Counted from the first letter of the stretch, positions 1 through 15,061 are shown. The stretch: DNA of 64,000 nucleotides from Octopus vulgaris (GCA_951406725.2 OX597821.1:45880001-45944000); one strand, 5' to 3'. The notes: generated by a model not told the origin, from the letters alone. A program made the numbers and translations.

Positions 1-842
1 CGGGACGTCCTACGTCCCAGATATAAAGGTAAAAGTAAAATATTTCCCCTTTGCAAGTTCGAGTCGAGTACTCCCTTGCACGCTCCGTTGACTCGAACCT
101 TGCTTCTATTGTGGCGAATTTACCGCCTCTGATTAGATACCTTTCATAGTCGCACCAATACACTTTTCGAAGGTGCTTTCCTCCATGTGTTCAAATCTTC
201 TTTTTTCGCTACATTGTATACTTTATAGACAATAGTCTTTTCTTTAATTTAATTTTTTATTATCCATCTTGACTATTCCATTTCTTCACGCTAATTTTAT
301 TTTTAATTTATTCCCATTCATGTGAAACCACTTATTCAAGTTCAAGTCATTGATGCAATTTTATACCAATTGTTAGTTTTACTTTTGTTATGTTACGATT
401 ATATTATACTTTAGTTTGATTTTAATTATTACTTACTACATATAATTCAATTGTTATTATTATTTTTATTGTTAAAGTGAAAGTATCTGACATAAAATAG
501 AGAAACGTTCTTGTTTCAGTTTTAACACGTAATACTGAAATAGTGGAGAAGATATGATATTGCAATGGGCTCGCTCTAGGCAAGAAGTTGAACATTAAGT
601 TGAACTCTAATTAAGGCATGTGTAAAATTTGAATGGAATTGGTTGCGTAGTTCTCAAGTTTTAGGGAATCGTAGTGGAGAAGATATGATATTGCTGCGGG
701 CTCGCCCTAGGCAAAAGTTCAAAATTAAGGTATGTGTAAAATTTGAATGAAATTGGTTGTGTAGTTCTCAAGTTTTAGGGAAACACACAGACAGACAGAC
801 AGACAGACAGACACATATTCTCAGTTTTATATATATAAAGAT
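1..842 (-). mobile_element. Non-autonomous Helitron-like element, 5' end on minus strand, with internal ~130-bp tandem duplication
   Basis: The reverse complement begins atctttatatatataaaactgagaatatgtgtctgtctgtc..., followed by aactacacaaccaatttcattcaaattttacac. This TC-TATATA / (GTCT)n start is typical of non-autonomous Helitrons. The block tagtggagaagatatgatattgc...agttctcaagttttagggaa occurs twice (about 541-668 and 672-782). The left boundary is uncertain. Confidence 0.5.
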
Positions 843-1334
843 ATATATATATGACGGGCTTCTTTCAGTTTCCGTCTACCAAGGTTTCATACAGTGGAAC
901 TGAACTCGAAACCGTGTGGTTGCGAAGAAAACATCATACCACACAAGAGAAAGATACAGATAGATAGGTACCCATGTTTACTGATATCGAATGATAAGTT
1001 CTATTGTTAGCATGCAAGATTCATATAAAGTTTCTATCATGTATTGGTAATCATTGAACTTAAAATCGCGCTATTGTTTTTCGTTTATTTATCTCTTTAG
1101 TTGATTAATGTTTGAAAAATTTATGAATGAGTAGCTTCTTAGCAAAGATGTGAGTTAACTTTGTAGAGCAAAATGAACAGTGAAGCCTAACAGTTCGCAT
1201 AACATACTTAAACCATAACACACTTATGATGCACATGAGTGTATAAACACACAGACACAGTGACAAACACAGACACAGACACACACAGACACACACACAT
1301 GCACACACATACACACACACACACACACATAGAT

Positions 1335-1365
<31 letters not shown>

Positions 1366-1673
1366 TACGCACATATATCTTTTATCATCAATTTGCTTCA
1401 GTCAAACGGTTGCAGCAATGCTAGGGTAATACTTTCAGGAACTTTTATCGAATGAAACAATCCTAGTAGATTTTTGTTTAAGCCTGGTACTTTTGTTTTG
1501 CCGAACCGTCAAGTTGTGTGAACATAAACAAACCAATACCGGTTGTGTAGCGGTGGTGGGGGACATAATATTGTATATTATTTGTCTATATATGTGCATA
1601 AACATGTATGTATGCATGTATGTATGTATGTATGTATGTTTTTATGTATGTATGTATGTATGTATGTATAAAT

Positions 1674-2012
1674 GACGTGGCACTCCGTCGTTTACGACGA
1701 CGAAGGTTACAGCTGATCCAGTCAACAGAACAGCCTGCTCATGAAATAAGGTGCAAGTGGCTGAGCACTTCACAGACACGTGTACCCTTAACGTAGTTCT
1801 CGGAGAAATTCAGCGTAACTCAGAGTGTGACAAGGCTACCCTTTGAAATACAGGTCCAACAGAAACAGGAAGAAAAAGTGAGAGTAGTAGTGAAAGAATA
1901 CAGCTGGATGCGTCACCATCCCCTGCCGGAGCTACGTGGGGCTTTAGGTGTTTTCACTTCATAAAAGCTCGCAACACTCGGTCTGGGAATCCTAAACACT
2001 GGGCCATTGCGC
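1674..2012 (-). mobile_element. tRNA-derived SINE, family B
   Basis: Reverse-complement copy of the element at 18122-18475, sharing the gtacccttaacgtagt, tcaccatcccctgc and ggtctgggaatc segments. Confidence 0.75.
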
Positions 2013-2045
2013 GGCCACATGTATAAATAAGAATATACATACACA

Positions 2046-2489
2046 CGTGGCTGTATGGTAAGAAGATTTCTTGTCAACCACATGGTCCTGGGATCAGTCC
2101 CACTGCGTGGCACCTTGGGCAAGTGTCGTCTATTGTAGCCTCGGGACGACCAAAGCCTTATGAGTGGATTTGGTAGACGGAAACTGAAAGAACCCCGTCG
2201 TACATATGTATATATTTATGTATATGTATCTATGTTTGTCCCCCTATCATCGCTTGACAACCGGTGTTGGTCTGTTTACGTCCCCGTAACCTTTGTCCCC
2301 CTATCATCGCTTGACAACCGGTGTTGGTCTGTTTACGTCCCCGTAAACTAGCGGTTCAGCAAAAGAGACCAATAGAATAAATACTAGGCTTAAACAAAAA
2401 TTAGGCCTGGTGTCGATTTCTTCGACTAAAAACTCTTCCAGCTTGACCGTAGTCAAAAGACTGAAACAAGTAAGAGAGTAAAAGAATAG
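2046..2489 (+). mobile_element. tRNA-derived SINE, family A (major octopus-type SINE), near full length
   Basis: A-box-like tggctgtatggtaag and B-box-like ggatcagtccc. The body ggcaccttgggcaagtg...ggatttggtagacggaaactgaaag is followed by an internal microsatellite and the tail cgcttgacaaccg...gactgaaacaagtaa. There is an internal ~55-bp tandem duplication (2234-2345). Many copies occur in the window. Confidence 0.85.
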
Positions 2490-2578
2490 AAGATAATATA
2501 TATATAAAGACATGTAAAAAAATGGATAGATATGTGTGTGTGTGTGCGTGTATTTATTCTTAAGCAAGAATATTATCG

Positions 2579-2623
2579 ACAGTGACTTCGAAGTTTCGGC
2601 CATTTAAGTCATCGTCGGACTAT
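2579..2623 (-). ncRNA. Type-I hammerhead ribozyme-like motif (degenerate stem II)
   Basis: The minus strand reads AUAGU-CCGACGA-U-GACUUAAAUGGCC-GAAAC-UUCGAA-GUC-ACUGU. It has a 5-bp stem I, a palindromic stem III (ACUUCGAAGU) and a GUC cleavage triplet. Confidence 0.55.
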
Positions 2624-2718
2624 TCTACAACAGTATAGAGTAACCTATCACATGGATGTAAAACTGTGTTTATTATAACCGAATATAGAAACAAACATTA
2701 ACAATCAACACACGCACG

Positions 2719-2764
<46 letters not shown>

Positions 2765-3814
2765 CACATACACTCACACGCACACGTACACATGAATATA
2801 TATATTTACATATCTTATTTTTATGAGCCTATACCTCCCATACATCACCATAGCTATTATTTGAAACTTTCAGGTGTTAAAAATCCACGTATGTCGAATA
2901 ATTTTAATACCCGTCTGATGAACCATAGAATGTGTTCCAAATCTCAATACATATGCACTTCACCCAACCGCTATCAACACCATTTGCCAACTACGTAACT
3001 GAGTGGTTCAACAAAGGAGGCTGATTGAATAACCAAACTTAAATTAAATAATGTGGTCGATTTATTTGACTTGTTTCTGTCGCTGTTTAAGTGTAACCAT
3101 GTTGGGGCCTCGCCTGGAATGATTTATCAGAGTAGATCAACCTCATTACGTATTCTAAAAGTTTGTACTTACTTATTCTACCGTTCACTTTTGCCAAGCC
3201 TCTAACTATATAGATATGAACAAACCAACTCCGGTTTCAACTGGTACTGGTGGTGGTCCATATTTATACTGAGATTTAGAACTTATAGTCTGTGATTTAT
3301 TAAATGAGTATTAAATTTATTAAGCATAGTGTGTTTTAGCAACTCAGTTTCAAATAGTACGTATTTTGTTATTGGATCTACAGGCTCATAAGAATCATAT
3401 TAAAAGTTTGGCTATTGTAAAACTAAAATCGAAACTGTGATATGAATTAAATGAATATAAAACTAACCTGGATACATTAATGATATCAGCTTGATGCAAT
3501 CTCTTGATACTGGAAGAGAACTTAAGTCTTTTTAGCTGTTCATAACACTTTAAAAAGTGTCTCCTCTGATACAGCTTGTATATTAATATTCTTTAAAGTT
3601 TTGGAAATATAGTAAAATTAGTAGAAATAAAATTTGTCATAATATTCATCTCTTATTGCAACTAATATAAAATATTTTTCTGACATAATGACCTCTAAAT
3701 CTTAGATGATGGTCCAAATTACTATTGAAATATTAAAATATTGAAATAACCTTCACACATCCACACATATATGTTGTGTGTGCAGAGGCGTGTGTGTATA
3801 TATATATATATATA

Positions 3815-4764
3815 TTGGGTCATCCCATAAATAATGCATTTTTTAAAAATAATTCTTTTATTTTCAAAATTAAGACAAGCAAAGTTTTTATTTAATCTAA
3901 AATATACAATACTTCATTTTCTATAATGCTCTCCCATCCATATGGCAGACTTGGAAGTCCCTGCTTCCAAAATTCCCTTGTCCGTGAAGAATAATACTCC
4001 TCCAGTATTGTTCTGATCTTGTCTACAGAATTCACATAATCTGTTGAAGACCTTCTTCAGCCTGGGGTGCCGGTGTTTCTCCTTTCTTTACCCATTGTCT
4101 TCGGCGCTTGACATTTTTATAGAGAACTGATTTCTCGTCAACAGTCATTATTCAGTCCAAAATGGTCCATTCGTGAGACGTGACAGCAGACAAGAGCTGC
4201 GATTAAACTGCGCGCGATTTGGCTCGGAACGTTTGTGAAGAATCCATTGTCCCAATTTGCTGACTTTTGCGATGGCACGCAGGTGTCGATGAATGGTTGA
4301 AAGACCAAATCCAAGCTTCCCAGCTAGTTCCTCAACAGTTACGATCGAATTTTGTTCCACGTGAGTTTGCAGGACGTCGTGCTCTGTATATCTTCCAGGA
4401 TGTGGCTCGTCTTCTAGACTGTATTTTCCGGCTCGGAATTTCTGGATCCACCCTTGACACTGGGCTTACACTTATTGTCTGATCCCCTTATACTGCGTTA
4501 ATATTCCTCGCACATTCTGTTGCATTGTTGTCTTTTTTGAACTCAAAGCAAAATATGCCCAATATACTCTTTTATTACTTCCATTATAGCTTCGAAACAA
4601 TAACTGTTAAAATCGATCTGCACTCTTCAAAACTTGCTCTAATTACTAAACACAAGGTAAAATTACTACCTGTTTTAACAGCAAGCTGATGCAGGTAGTT
4701 TATCGCATCTCACACCGACTTTTAGTTCATGAAATTGAAAACACCGTATCATTTATGAGATGAC

Positions 4765-4768
<4 letters not shown>
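3815..4768 (-). mobile_element. Mariner DNA transposon remnant (internally deleted, pseudogenised transposase)
   Basis: TIRs ttgggtcatcccataaat / atttatgagatgacccaa flanked by TA. ORF 4148-4360 reads TVEELAGKLGFGLSTIHRHLRAIAKVSKLGQWILH, matching the mariner HTH and WVPH-like motif. Confidence 0.85.
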
Positions 4769-4826
<58 letters not shown>

Positions 4827-5561
4827 ATGTGATATGTCTCTGTAGGTTAAATGTCCGTATTTAAGTGAATTGTGTATTTGCTTCGCATAGTCTTCGCAGA
4901 AGAAGTGTGCTTGTGTTAAGGGTTTGTGTTAGCCCACAAAGTAGTCAAAGTAGGTGTGAAACTGATAATTATCGTTATTTAACATGTTTAGCAAATACAT
5001 ATGTCCTTCTCTTTATCTACATCTGATGAAGAAGAAAATATATTAGCTTTCTAAATTTAGCAAATATATGTTGTACTGGTTATGAAATATTTACAAAACC
5101 TGTGAATTATGGAAAATCGTCAATTCTTAATTGAAGACTGAAAGGTTAAATCGACCGCAGTGTCAAATGATTGAGACAAAGCGGAAGAAATGACGCTCAA
5201 GCATTTTCTCTGTCAGCTTACCGCATTTACATTTGTATACATATATTAAATATATATATGTGTATTTATCTTACATTATGAATGTGAATTATATAGCATA
5301 ATATATTTATGTTTAAACTAGAACGCCCGCACACACACGCATTCATATGCATATAAATGTGTATTGTGTCTGTGTGCGTGTACATAGATGAATACATGCA
5401 CGAGGAAAGATATTACACTTCGTTTATGAGACACTAACAATCTTAGTTTAATCTTCCACTGAATTGAAACATGTCGGCGGCCTACGTCGTTGGTGCGTTT
5501 TGTGAACGATTAATCCATTTTACTTAATATAACATGTATCATGCATATATATATATATGTA

Positions 5562-5594
<33 letters not shown>

Positions 5595-5707
5595 TCATAC
5601 ATACATACATGCATACATACATACATACATACATACATACATACATACATACATACATACATACATACACATATGTATGTATGTAAATCTAAGAATGAAA
5701 TAATATA

Positions 5708-5979
5708 TTCTTTATTCTTTTATTTTTTTTACTTGTTTCAGTCATTTGACTGCGGCCATGCTGCAGCTCCGCCTTTAGTCGATCGAACCGATCCTAGGAC
5801 TTATTCCTTGTAACTCTAGTACTTATTCTATCGGAAATTTTTACCGAACCGCTAAGTTACAGGAACGTAAGATGGCGGGGGACGAACACAGACACATACA
5901 CACACACACACAGGTATACACAACGGACTTCTTTCAGTTTCTGTCTACCAAATCTACTCACAAGGCTTTGGTCGGCCCA
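5708..5979 (-). mobile_element. SINE family A, partial
   Basis: Reverse complement of the family A body and tail (ttgtttcagtcatttgactgcggccatgct...tctttcagtttctgtctaccaaatc). Confidence 0.8.
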
Positions 5980-6006
5980 GTGTGCCGTTTATTGTATTTT
6001 TTAACT

Positions 6007-6051
<45 letters not shown>

Positions 6052-6076
6052 ATCACCTTGAACAAGTGTCTTTTCC

Positions 6077-6136
<60 letters not shown>

Positions 6137-6159
6137 TGTGTGTATTTATCTATCTGTGT

Positions 6160-6350
6160 TTATTCTCCCACCATCGCTTGACAACCGAAGCTGTTGTATT
6201 TACGTTCACGTAAGTTAGCGGTTTGGCATAAGAGATCGATGGAATAAGTACTAGGCTTACAAAAAATAAGTCCTGAGATATCTATTTGTTCGAGAAAAGG
6301 CGGTGCTCCAGCATGGTCGCAGTCAAATGACTGAACCAAGTAAAATAATA
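6160..6350 (+). mobile_element. SINE family A, 3' part
   Basis: ccatcgcttgacaaccg...aataagtactaggcttac...gcagtcaaatgactgaac. Confidence 0.8.
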
Positions 6351-6515
6351 AATGTATGTATGTATTATCTAGGTTTGAATTTATTCATGTTTATATACTT
6401 ATATATGTGTATGTATGCATATGCATAGAGCTATAGATATACATATAGATATAGATAGATTGATAGATGCATAAACATATGCATATGTACATGTATGTGT
6501 ATACATTTATATGCG

Positions 6516-6619
<104 letters not shown>

Positions 6620-6766
6620 GCATCCATATGAACATGCTTATATATATACACACATTTATATACATAATTATATATGTGTATATTTTTTCGTATATACATA
6701 AACATTGATAGATGTATAGCTATGTAGATATAAACACATTTGAGTGTGTGTTTGTGTGAGTAGCAA

Positions 6767-6800
<34 letters not shown>

Positions 6801-7106
6801 ACAGAGAGAGAAAGAGAGAGAGGGTGAGAGAGAGGAAGAAAGTAAATGTTAAAGAGTTTTTGATAGTATTGTTTCATTTGTTCCTTTATTTGATTACTCT
6901 AGTGCAATCTCTAGGAATGTTTCTGACGTTCACATCTACTGTTTATGTATTTTAAAGCCTTATGCTAAGATTATGGACACTCTTAGCAAACCACTAGATT
7001 ACTATGATACAAACAAACAAGCACAGGCATTTAGGTGAGGGAAAAAAAAGAACAAACACAGATGCAAAAAAGGATACAGCCTTAGCCCTACAGCTTTGTG
7101 TGTGGC

Positions 7107-7160
<54 letters not shown>

Positions 7161-7556
7161 TATATTTGTGTTTCTATTTTCATTGGATTAAGGCTCGTGT
7201 TGCATTGGGTCTTTTAAAGTTGAGTAATTTTAATCTTAAAGGTTCATAATTTACTACGAAGTTGTAATTTAATCGCTAAAATCAGTTAATGATGTTTTTA
7301 TGTCTAGTTATATATAAGAGAACTTAGCATTACAATGAAGGGTTACTGAATGCGTTTTTAAATATAGAACAAGTATATGAAAACTTTACAAGAAGAGTAG
7401 CAATGACTTCGAAATTATAAATTATTATATGCATGATATACATCGGTATATGTACAAGTACGCGCGTGTATATATATATCTATTCGTGTGAGCGGACAAA
7501 CGAAAGATAAAGGCACGAAAGATTACCGAACGGGTTGGGTACCTTTAAGTCGCTTA

Positions 7557-7557
<1 letters not shown>

Positions 7558-7619
<62 letters not shown>

Positions 7620-7706
7620 TAATAATGATGATGATGATGATGATGATGTTGTTGTTGATGATGATGATGATAATAATATTAAGGATGATGATGATGATGA
7701 TAATAA
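7558..7706. repeat. Compound (AAT)n/(ATG)n trinucleotide microsatellite
   Basis: Read directly. It is the source of the poly-I/poly-M pseudo-ORFs and abuts the tail of a SINE. Confidence 0.95.
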
Positions 7707-7915
7707 TCCTTTTTACTAAAGGCACAAGGCCTGAAATTTAGGGGATGGGGTAAGTCGATTGCATCGACCCAAGTCCTCAACTGGAGCTTATTTTATTGAC
7801 CCCCTAAAGGATGAAAAGGCAAAGTCGACCTCGGTGGAATTTGAACTCAGAACGTGTGACAGATGAAATACCGCTAAACATTTCGCCCGGCGTACTAACG
7901 ATTCTGCCAGCTCGT
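7707..7915 (-). mobile_element. tRNA-derived SINE, family C (Nin/Deu-domain-like)
   Basis: The minus strand reads gagctggcagaatcgttag...gttctgagttcaaattccaccgaggtcgactttgccttttcatcc..., i.e. a tRNA-like A/B-box head plus a central segment resembling the Nin domain. Other copies lie near 10730-10870, 16583-16810, 24770-24910 and 38335-38540. Confidence 0.75.
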
Positions 7916-8943
7916 AGCTTTAAATAAAAAAAATATGAATGATAACAATAATAACTCTTTCTACTAAAAGTAAATGGCCTGAAATTTTGGAGTAAGGGAC
8001 TAGCCGGTTACATCGACCCGAGAGCTGAACTGGTGCCTATTTTATCGACCCAGTATTAATGATAATAATAACAACAACAACAACAACATCAACAACAATA
8101 ATAATAATAATAATATGCGTGTGTATATATATATTTGTGTGCATGTATATATATATACATATATGCCTACATGCACACTCATATATATGCACATATCTGA
8201 ATGTATGTATGTATGTATGTATGTATGTATGTATGTATGTATGTATGTATGTATGTATCTATCTATCTATCTATTTGCGACCATATTGAGTCACCTACTT
8301 GAAGAGGTTTTAGCCGTTCAAAATAATTCTTTAAAATCTAGTCAATATTTTATGAGCTATGTGAAGGGAAATAAACAGATCCATACGGGTTCTCAAGCGG
8401 CGACAGAAACACACATATCGAGCTTCCATATAGTTTCCATCTTTCAAAATTATTCACAAGACAATAGACTGTTTGTTTGACGTTAAAGCAGACACGTGAC
8501 AATGTTAGCTACGCAGTGGGTCTGAAAGGAAAATTATGTGGCTACGAAGCAAAGTTCTTAGTGGCACATACGCACAAACACATACATACCCACATACAAA
8601 CAAATGCACACACACACACACACACACACACGTCCACACACACGTCCACACACACATTTATATTAACGTCTGTTTTATGAATTTTTAAAAGCAATTAATT
8701 ATGTATTAAAAGAAATCTTAGCTAGCGTATCAAAAAATATATTGATAAGAGAAAGATTCATAGTGGCATCTAAGTTTCGGCTCACAACAGTATGTATGTA
8801 TATACGTAGAGATAATTATTATATAGTACGTGCATGTATGTATATATATATGTGTATATATGGATATACGTATATACATATATACATGTATATATATATA
8901 TGTGCATATATATATACATATATGTATATACAAATATATACAT

Positions 8944-9005
<62 letters not shown>

Positions 9006-9053
9006 TGATAAAAATGTTAAGACAACAAAATAAGTGTCGCATATTACATTTAC

Positions 9054-9101
<48 letters not shown>

Positions 9102-9383
9102 TCAGGTGTAGGATTAGTAGAATCCTAAGCATTTCAGAGTGTAGAACGTCAGGAGAGACCGGGTACCAGTTTTGCAATATTCAGTTGTCGTTTGCTAGTG
9201 GTGTTGCAAGCATGGGTATATATGCGTCTACACGTCTATCAGTATATAAACACACGTTTATATAAACATACGTGCTTCAGCAGCATTTTATTGATGGAAT
9301 TTTAGATTACACCATGACAAAAAGCTGCCATCTTCAGGTGGTAAGGTAGAAGATTTAAGTTGATTAGCTACACATGTTAAAAA

Positions 9384-9463
<80 letters not shown>

Positions 9464-9509
9464 ATATATGTATATATGTATATATACATATATATGTATA
9501 TATATATAT

Positions 9510-9577
<68 letters not shown>

Positions 9578-9955
9578 AGGCGCAGGAGTGACTGTGTGAT
9601 AAGAAGCTTACTTTCCAACCACGTGGTTCCAGGTTCAGCCCTACTGCATGACACCTTCGACAAGTGTCTTCTACTATAACCATTTGCCGACCAAATCTTT
9701 GTGAGTGGATTTAGTAGACAGAAACTGAGAGAAGCCTGTCGTATATATATGTATATCTATGTGTGTATGTGGGTGTTTGTCACCACTTGACAACCGGTGT
9801 TGATGTGTTTACGTTCCTGTAACTTTGCTATTCGACCAAAGAGACCGATAGAATAAATACCAGGCTTAAAAAATAAGCTACGGGGTCGATTCCTTCGACT
9901 AAATATTCAAAGTGGTGCCGTAGCATTACTGCAGTCTAATGACTCAAATAGGTAA
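9578..9955 (+). mobile_element. SINE family A, full length
   Basis: aggcgcaggagtgactgtgtgataagaag...ggttcagccctactgc...gcagtctaatgactcaaatagg. Confidence 0.85.
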
Positions 9956-9970
9956 AAAAAATATATAAAA

Positions 9971-10136
<166 letters not shown>

Positions 10137-11439
10137 TAGCTGTATATTACAAAATTGTAAACTCTCCTTAACATAGATATTACAGTGAAATTGTGAAGCC
10201 ATAGAGTACTTTAGTTATAAGTAATACAAATGTATGTATCATACACACACTCTCAAAATACTAACTCCTCTTTTAGCGAAGTAAGTTTCCAGAAAAATCG
10301 AAAGTGAGTCCCAGATTTGATTTGGAAAGAACAAATCCCTCTACAGACCTTTTCTTATTCCAGAGAATGAACATAATACAGTGCAATATAGGTGTATTGT
10401 TAGAATTCTTAGGTCGTCAGAAAGATGGGTAAAAACCCCGCCGAAGACTACGGCATTTATACCTCCTCTTTATGTTTTACCTTGAAATCCGATAGCGATA
10501 GCATTTTTATCATTCCAGCATCAATAAAATATTGTACCGGTCAGGTGCTGGAGTTAATTTAATTTCCAAAAAGCGCTTTATAGTATTGATCATATGTTAG
10601 AAATAATTCAAGGCAGTGGTAAATTTGCCTTTAATTCCATTCATGGTCCGTAAAATAATGTACTAGTCAAATGCAATATTCAATATAAATGAATGTTACC
10701 TCCTAAACATTTATAGCCTTGCGTCTATTTTCGAAAATATTAAGGGCAGTGAATTGATGGAATCGTGAAAGGGTTGAACACAATTGCAAGCCGTATTTAA
10801 TTACAAATCTTTAATTTTTGATTTCAAATTCGACCGATTTCTCATAGTCGAAAAATTAAAGTACCAATAGACACTTCAAATCGTATATCTATGCATATGT
10901 GTGTGTTTATATGTGTGCATATATATGCGTGTGTGAATGTATTTCTTTTTCTATGTACAGAAGAGATTACTTGTTGACAGTGATGAAGGTGAGATAAAAC
11001 CAACATAAAACGCTATAATTTCATTTCTAAAATGAAAGTCTCAAAGAACTGTCAGACACTACAATTTAATCTCAGAAATTGTATCAGTGATAGTTATAGG
11101 AACCCCTTCCGATTTAACGGTGTGTAATACCATCAATATAAATAAAAGTTAATATAAAGTCATATGACTGGTTTTCAGTTGTTCTCGTGAAGCTACTTCG
11201 TTACATACACATGCACATGCACGCACACACACACACATACACACACACACACATATGCGTACATAAATATATACATACACACACAAATACACACGCAAAC
11301 GCTCACATGTAAGTATAAATCGGTGGATAGAGAGAATCAAAGCGATGAATTGCTTATTCATTTTAGTACGTTCCAGGGGATTCGAACGTGAAAATGCCAG
11401 TCATTATTGTGTTTCGTTATTAGAGAACAACTTCTTTCA

Positions 11440-11724
<285 letters not shown>

Positions 11725-12076
11725 ACATCTATCTACATATATACGTTTGCATGTGTTCATGTGTGTATGCAGTAATCTATTTACACGCATATATGGAAAG
11801 TGTGAGAAAGAGAAAGAAATTACACTTTATTAATTCGGCACGACTATCGTGAAATCTTCAATTTCTTATGCACGTACAGAGATATATTCACCCCACACAC
11901 ACCCACACACACGCACACATACACGCACATACACATACACACACACATACACACACACACATGCTCACGCAGACACAAACACACACTCACACACACCACA
12001 CACAGAAAAAGAAGGGGAGCGATGGAAGGAGTAAGTGAAGGATAGGAATGAAGGAAACAGAGGGGTTGAGACATCG

Positions 12077-12124
<48 letters not shown>

Positions 12125-12597
12125 GGAGCGAGAGAGAGAAAAGAGAGAGACGGAGAGAGAGAGAGAAGAGAGAGAGAGAGGGAGGGAGAAGAAAGGGAGA
12201 GAATTACGTTAAAAAAGTGAAGGGTTGAATCAACTGATTTCAAATAAATGAACTTCAGTCATCGACGCCCAATAGGCGGCACCAAAAGAGCTGTGCCATA
12301 TCGTCTCATAACCTAGATATAAATACATTATAATATATGCATGCAATGATTTTTGAGAAGTGCAATATTAAGAAAGAAATTAATGAAACTTCACAAAAAT
12401 TAATGAAACTTCTTGCAAGATATGTCATATGTCATATCTAGCAGGACGCGTATTAACAAAATACATTACGAGCGTGATTTAATTATTACAGAAATACTGT
12501 GAAGATTGAAAAAGAAATAAATTGGAAGTTTTAGAAGTATGTAATTTGTGTGTGTGCATGTGTGCGCCTGCGTATGCATGTATATTATAATTCGTTA

Positions 12598-12664
<67 letters not shown>

Positions 12665-12666
12665 AG

Positions 12667-12925
12667 AGTAAAGTCTATTTGCCAATATAAATGGCAGTCC
12701 TGATTAGGAAGGTGTTACTACCATTTTTTAGCCCCAGTAGAACATCTTTTCCAGCTGGCTATCGACGCACAACTAGGTCGGACGCAGTTGTGCGTCGATA
12801 GCCAGCTGGAAAAGATAATTTACTGGGGCTACAAAAAAGTAGTAACACCGTCCTAATCAGGACTGCCACTGTAAGTTGACAAGTAGACTTTACTAATTAT
12901 TTCTCGCTCAGAAATTTAAAACTAT
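12667..12925. repeat. Fold-back element (~105-bp inverted arms, ~10-nt loop, plus an unpaired tail)
   Basis: agtaaagtctatttgcc...ttttccagctggctatcgacgcacaact / agttgtgcgtcgatagccagctggaaaa...tagactttact. Same family as 42012-42800. Confidence 0.85.
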
Positions 12926-13305
12926 ATGTATGTATATATATATATATACACACACACGCGCGCACACATAAATATATATATATATATGCACGTATATAAA
13001 CATGTGTATGTATATATATATATATATTTATGTATGTATATATATATGTATGTATTTATATATGTATATATATGTATGCATAGATTCTTGTCGTGTTGGC
13101 ATTTGAACGGTCTTCCCTTCGTTGCATCTCATGACTCGATGTATGTTCATCTGGCACAACATATTACTTTGTTCAGATATTCTTTACAGATCACTACATC
13201 TATACCTTGCATATATCTGTTGAAACCCAAACTCATATAGTATGGGTGCTTATTCTAGATGGAGAAGATGGGGGATTTGTCAAAATACATAAATATATAA
13301 ATATA

Positions 13306-13400
<95 letters not shown>

Positions 13401-13785
13401 CAGTGTGAATGGTTATTTAAACGGTGCCGTGTTTTACAATCCTGTAAATATTAGTAGTGATCACAGAACAATGAATAATGAAAATAGTCTAATAAAAGGG
13501 CCATTGACAGAAGAATACGAAGGATTCCCTATCTGTGTGGGACTCGAACAAGCATTCCTTTGTTAACGCAACTAAGTGTGTTACCTTTACACAAGCGAAT
13601 TAGCCTCCCGGGTTCCTGTCAATTTCAAGAACGCATTTGTTTCTATATAAGCAAACTTTCTATATGCTTTCGGTGAGAATGGTTTTACATTTTTTTTTTA
13701 TATACGGTGCCGTGTTTATAATCCTGCAAATAATATAAATGTGTGTGTGTCTGAGTGTGTGTATGTATGTGTATGTGTGTGTATG

Positions 13786-13817
<32 letters not shown>

Positions 13818-14416
13818 AATGTATGTATGTATGTATGTATGTATGTATGTATGTATGTATGTATGTATGTATGTATGTATAAATAATGAATGAATATATA
13901 ATAGATATATTATGAATATATATATTCTTTTATATGTTTCTGCGCTGAGACTGTGGCCGTGCTGGGATACCGCCAATGTAATCACATTATAATTGGCCAA
14001 TTCTATGTGATTTGCTTTTCGTGAAGGTGGGAGTTCGATAAGGCTGCCACCTTTTGCGTTTCCTACCTTGATACAGGTTCATTTGGGATCTTGGACAGCA
14101 ATAGGTCAAGTTGTTTCTTATATATATATATATGTATGTATATATATACATATATGTATATATATATATATATAAGTTAAGAAAAAATTTAGATTCAAAT
14201 GAATATGGTGCTTAATTTAGATGCACCAGAATATTGTATGGTGTTATCCATAAAAAACCGTGGGGTGATTATAATCAGAATAAGCAACAAGAATGACTCC
14301 GGAGTCATTCTTGTTGCTTATATATATATATATATGTATGTATCTATGCATGTATTTATGTATGTATGTATGTATGTATGTATGTATGTATGTATGTATG
14401 TATGTATGTATGTATG

Positions 14417-14468
<52 letters not shown>

Positions 14469-14781
14469 GTATATATATATAATACTTGTACATAAAGAAT
14501 ATATATATGTATAATGAATATATATATATATAACACATATATTATTTGCACATAATTATATACACATTATATAAACGCTATTAAATGCATATTTCTGTTA
14601 TATATGCGTGAATACATTTATGTTAATTCATACATCACTCTCTCTCTTTGCTTCTGTCAATCTATCTATGCATCTATCTGTATGTACATATATATATATA
14701 TATATATATAATAACAATTTAATAAATAAAACATATATATACATATATTTTTACATCTATATATATATATGTATATATATT

Positions 14782-14821
<40 letters not shown>

Positions 14822-14834
14822 TAGATAGATAGAT

Positions 14835-14892
<58 letters not shown>

Positions 14893-15061
14893 TTATATAT
14901 GTATACATTCATACATCCATATATATATACATATATATCAATATATTTATATCTATATGTATATATACATAAGTCCTGGGGTCGATTTGCTCGACTAAAA
15001 AGGCGATGCTCCAGCATCGCAGTCTAATGACTGAAACAAATAAAAAGAAAAGATGGCAAAA

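Noticed and set aside
10961-10988. Possible 28-nt exon (tttttctatgtacag...gaag/gtgaga)
   Set aside because: The splice signals look good, but it has no PCGF similarity and the length is not a multiple of 3. It cannot be supported without RNA data.
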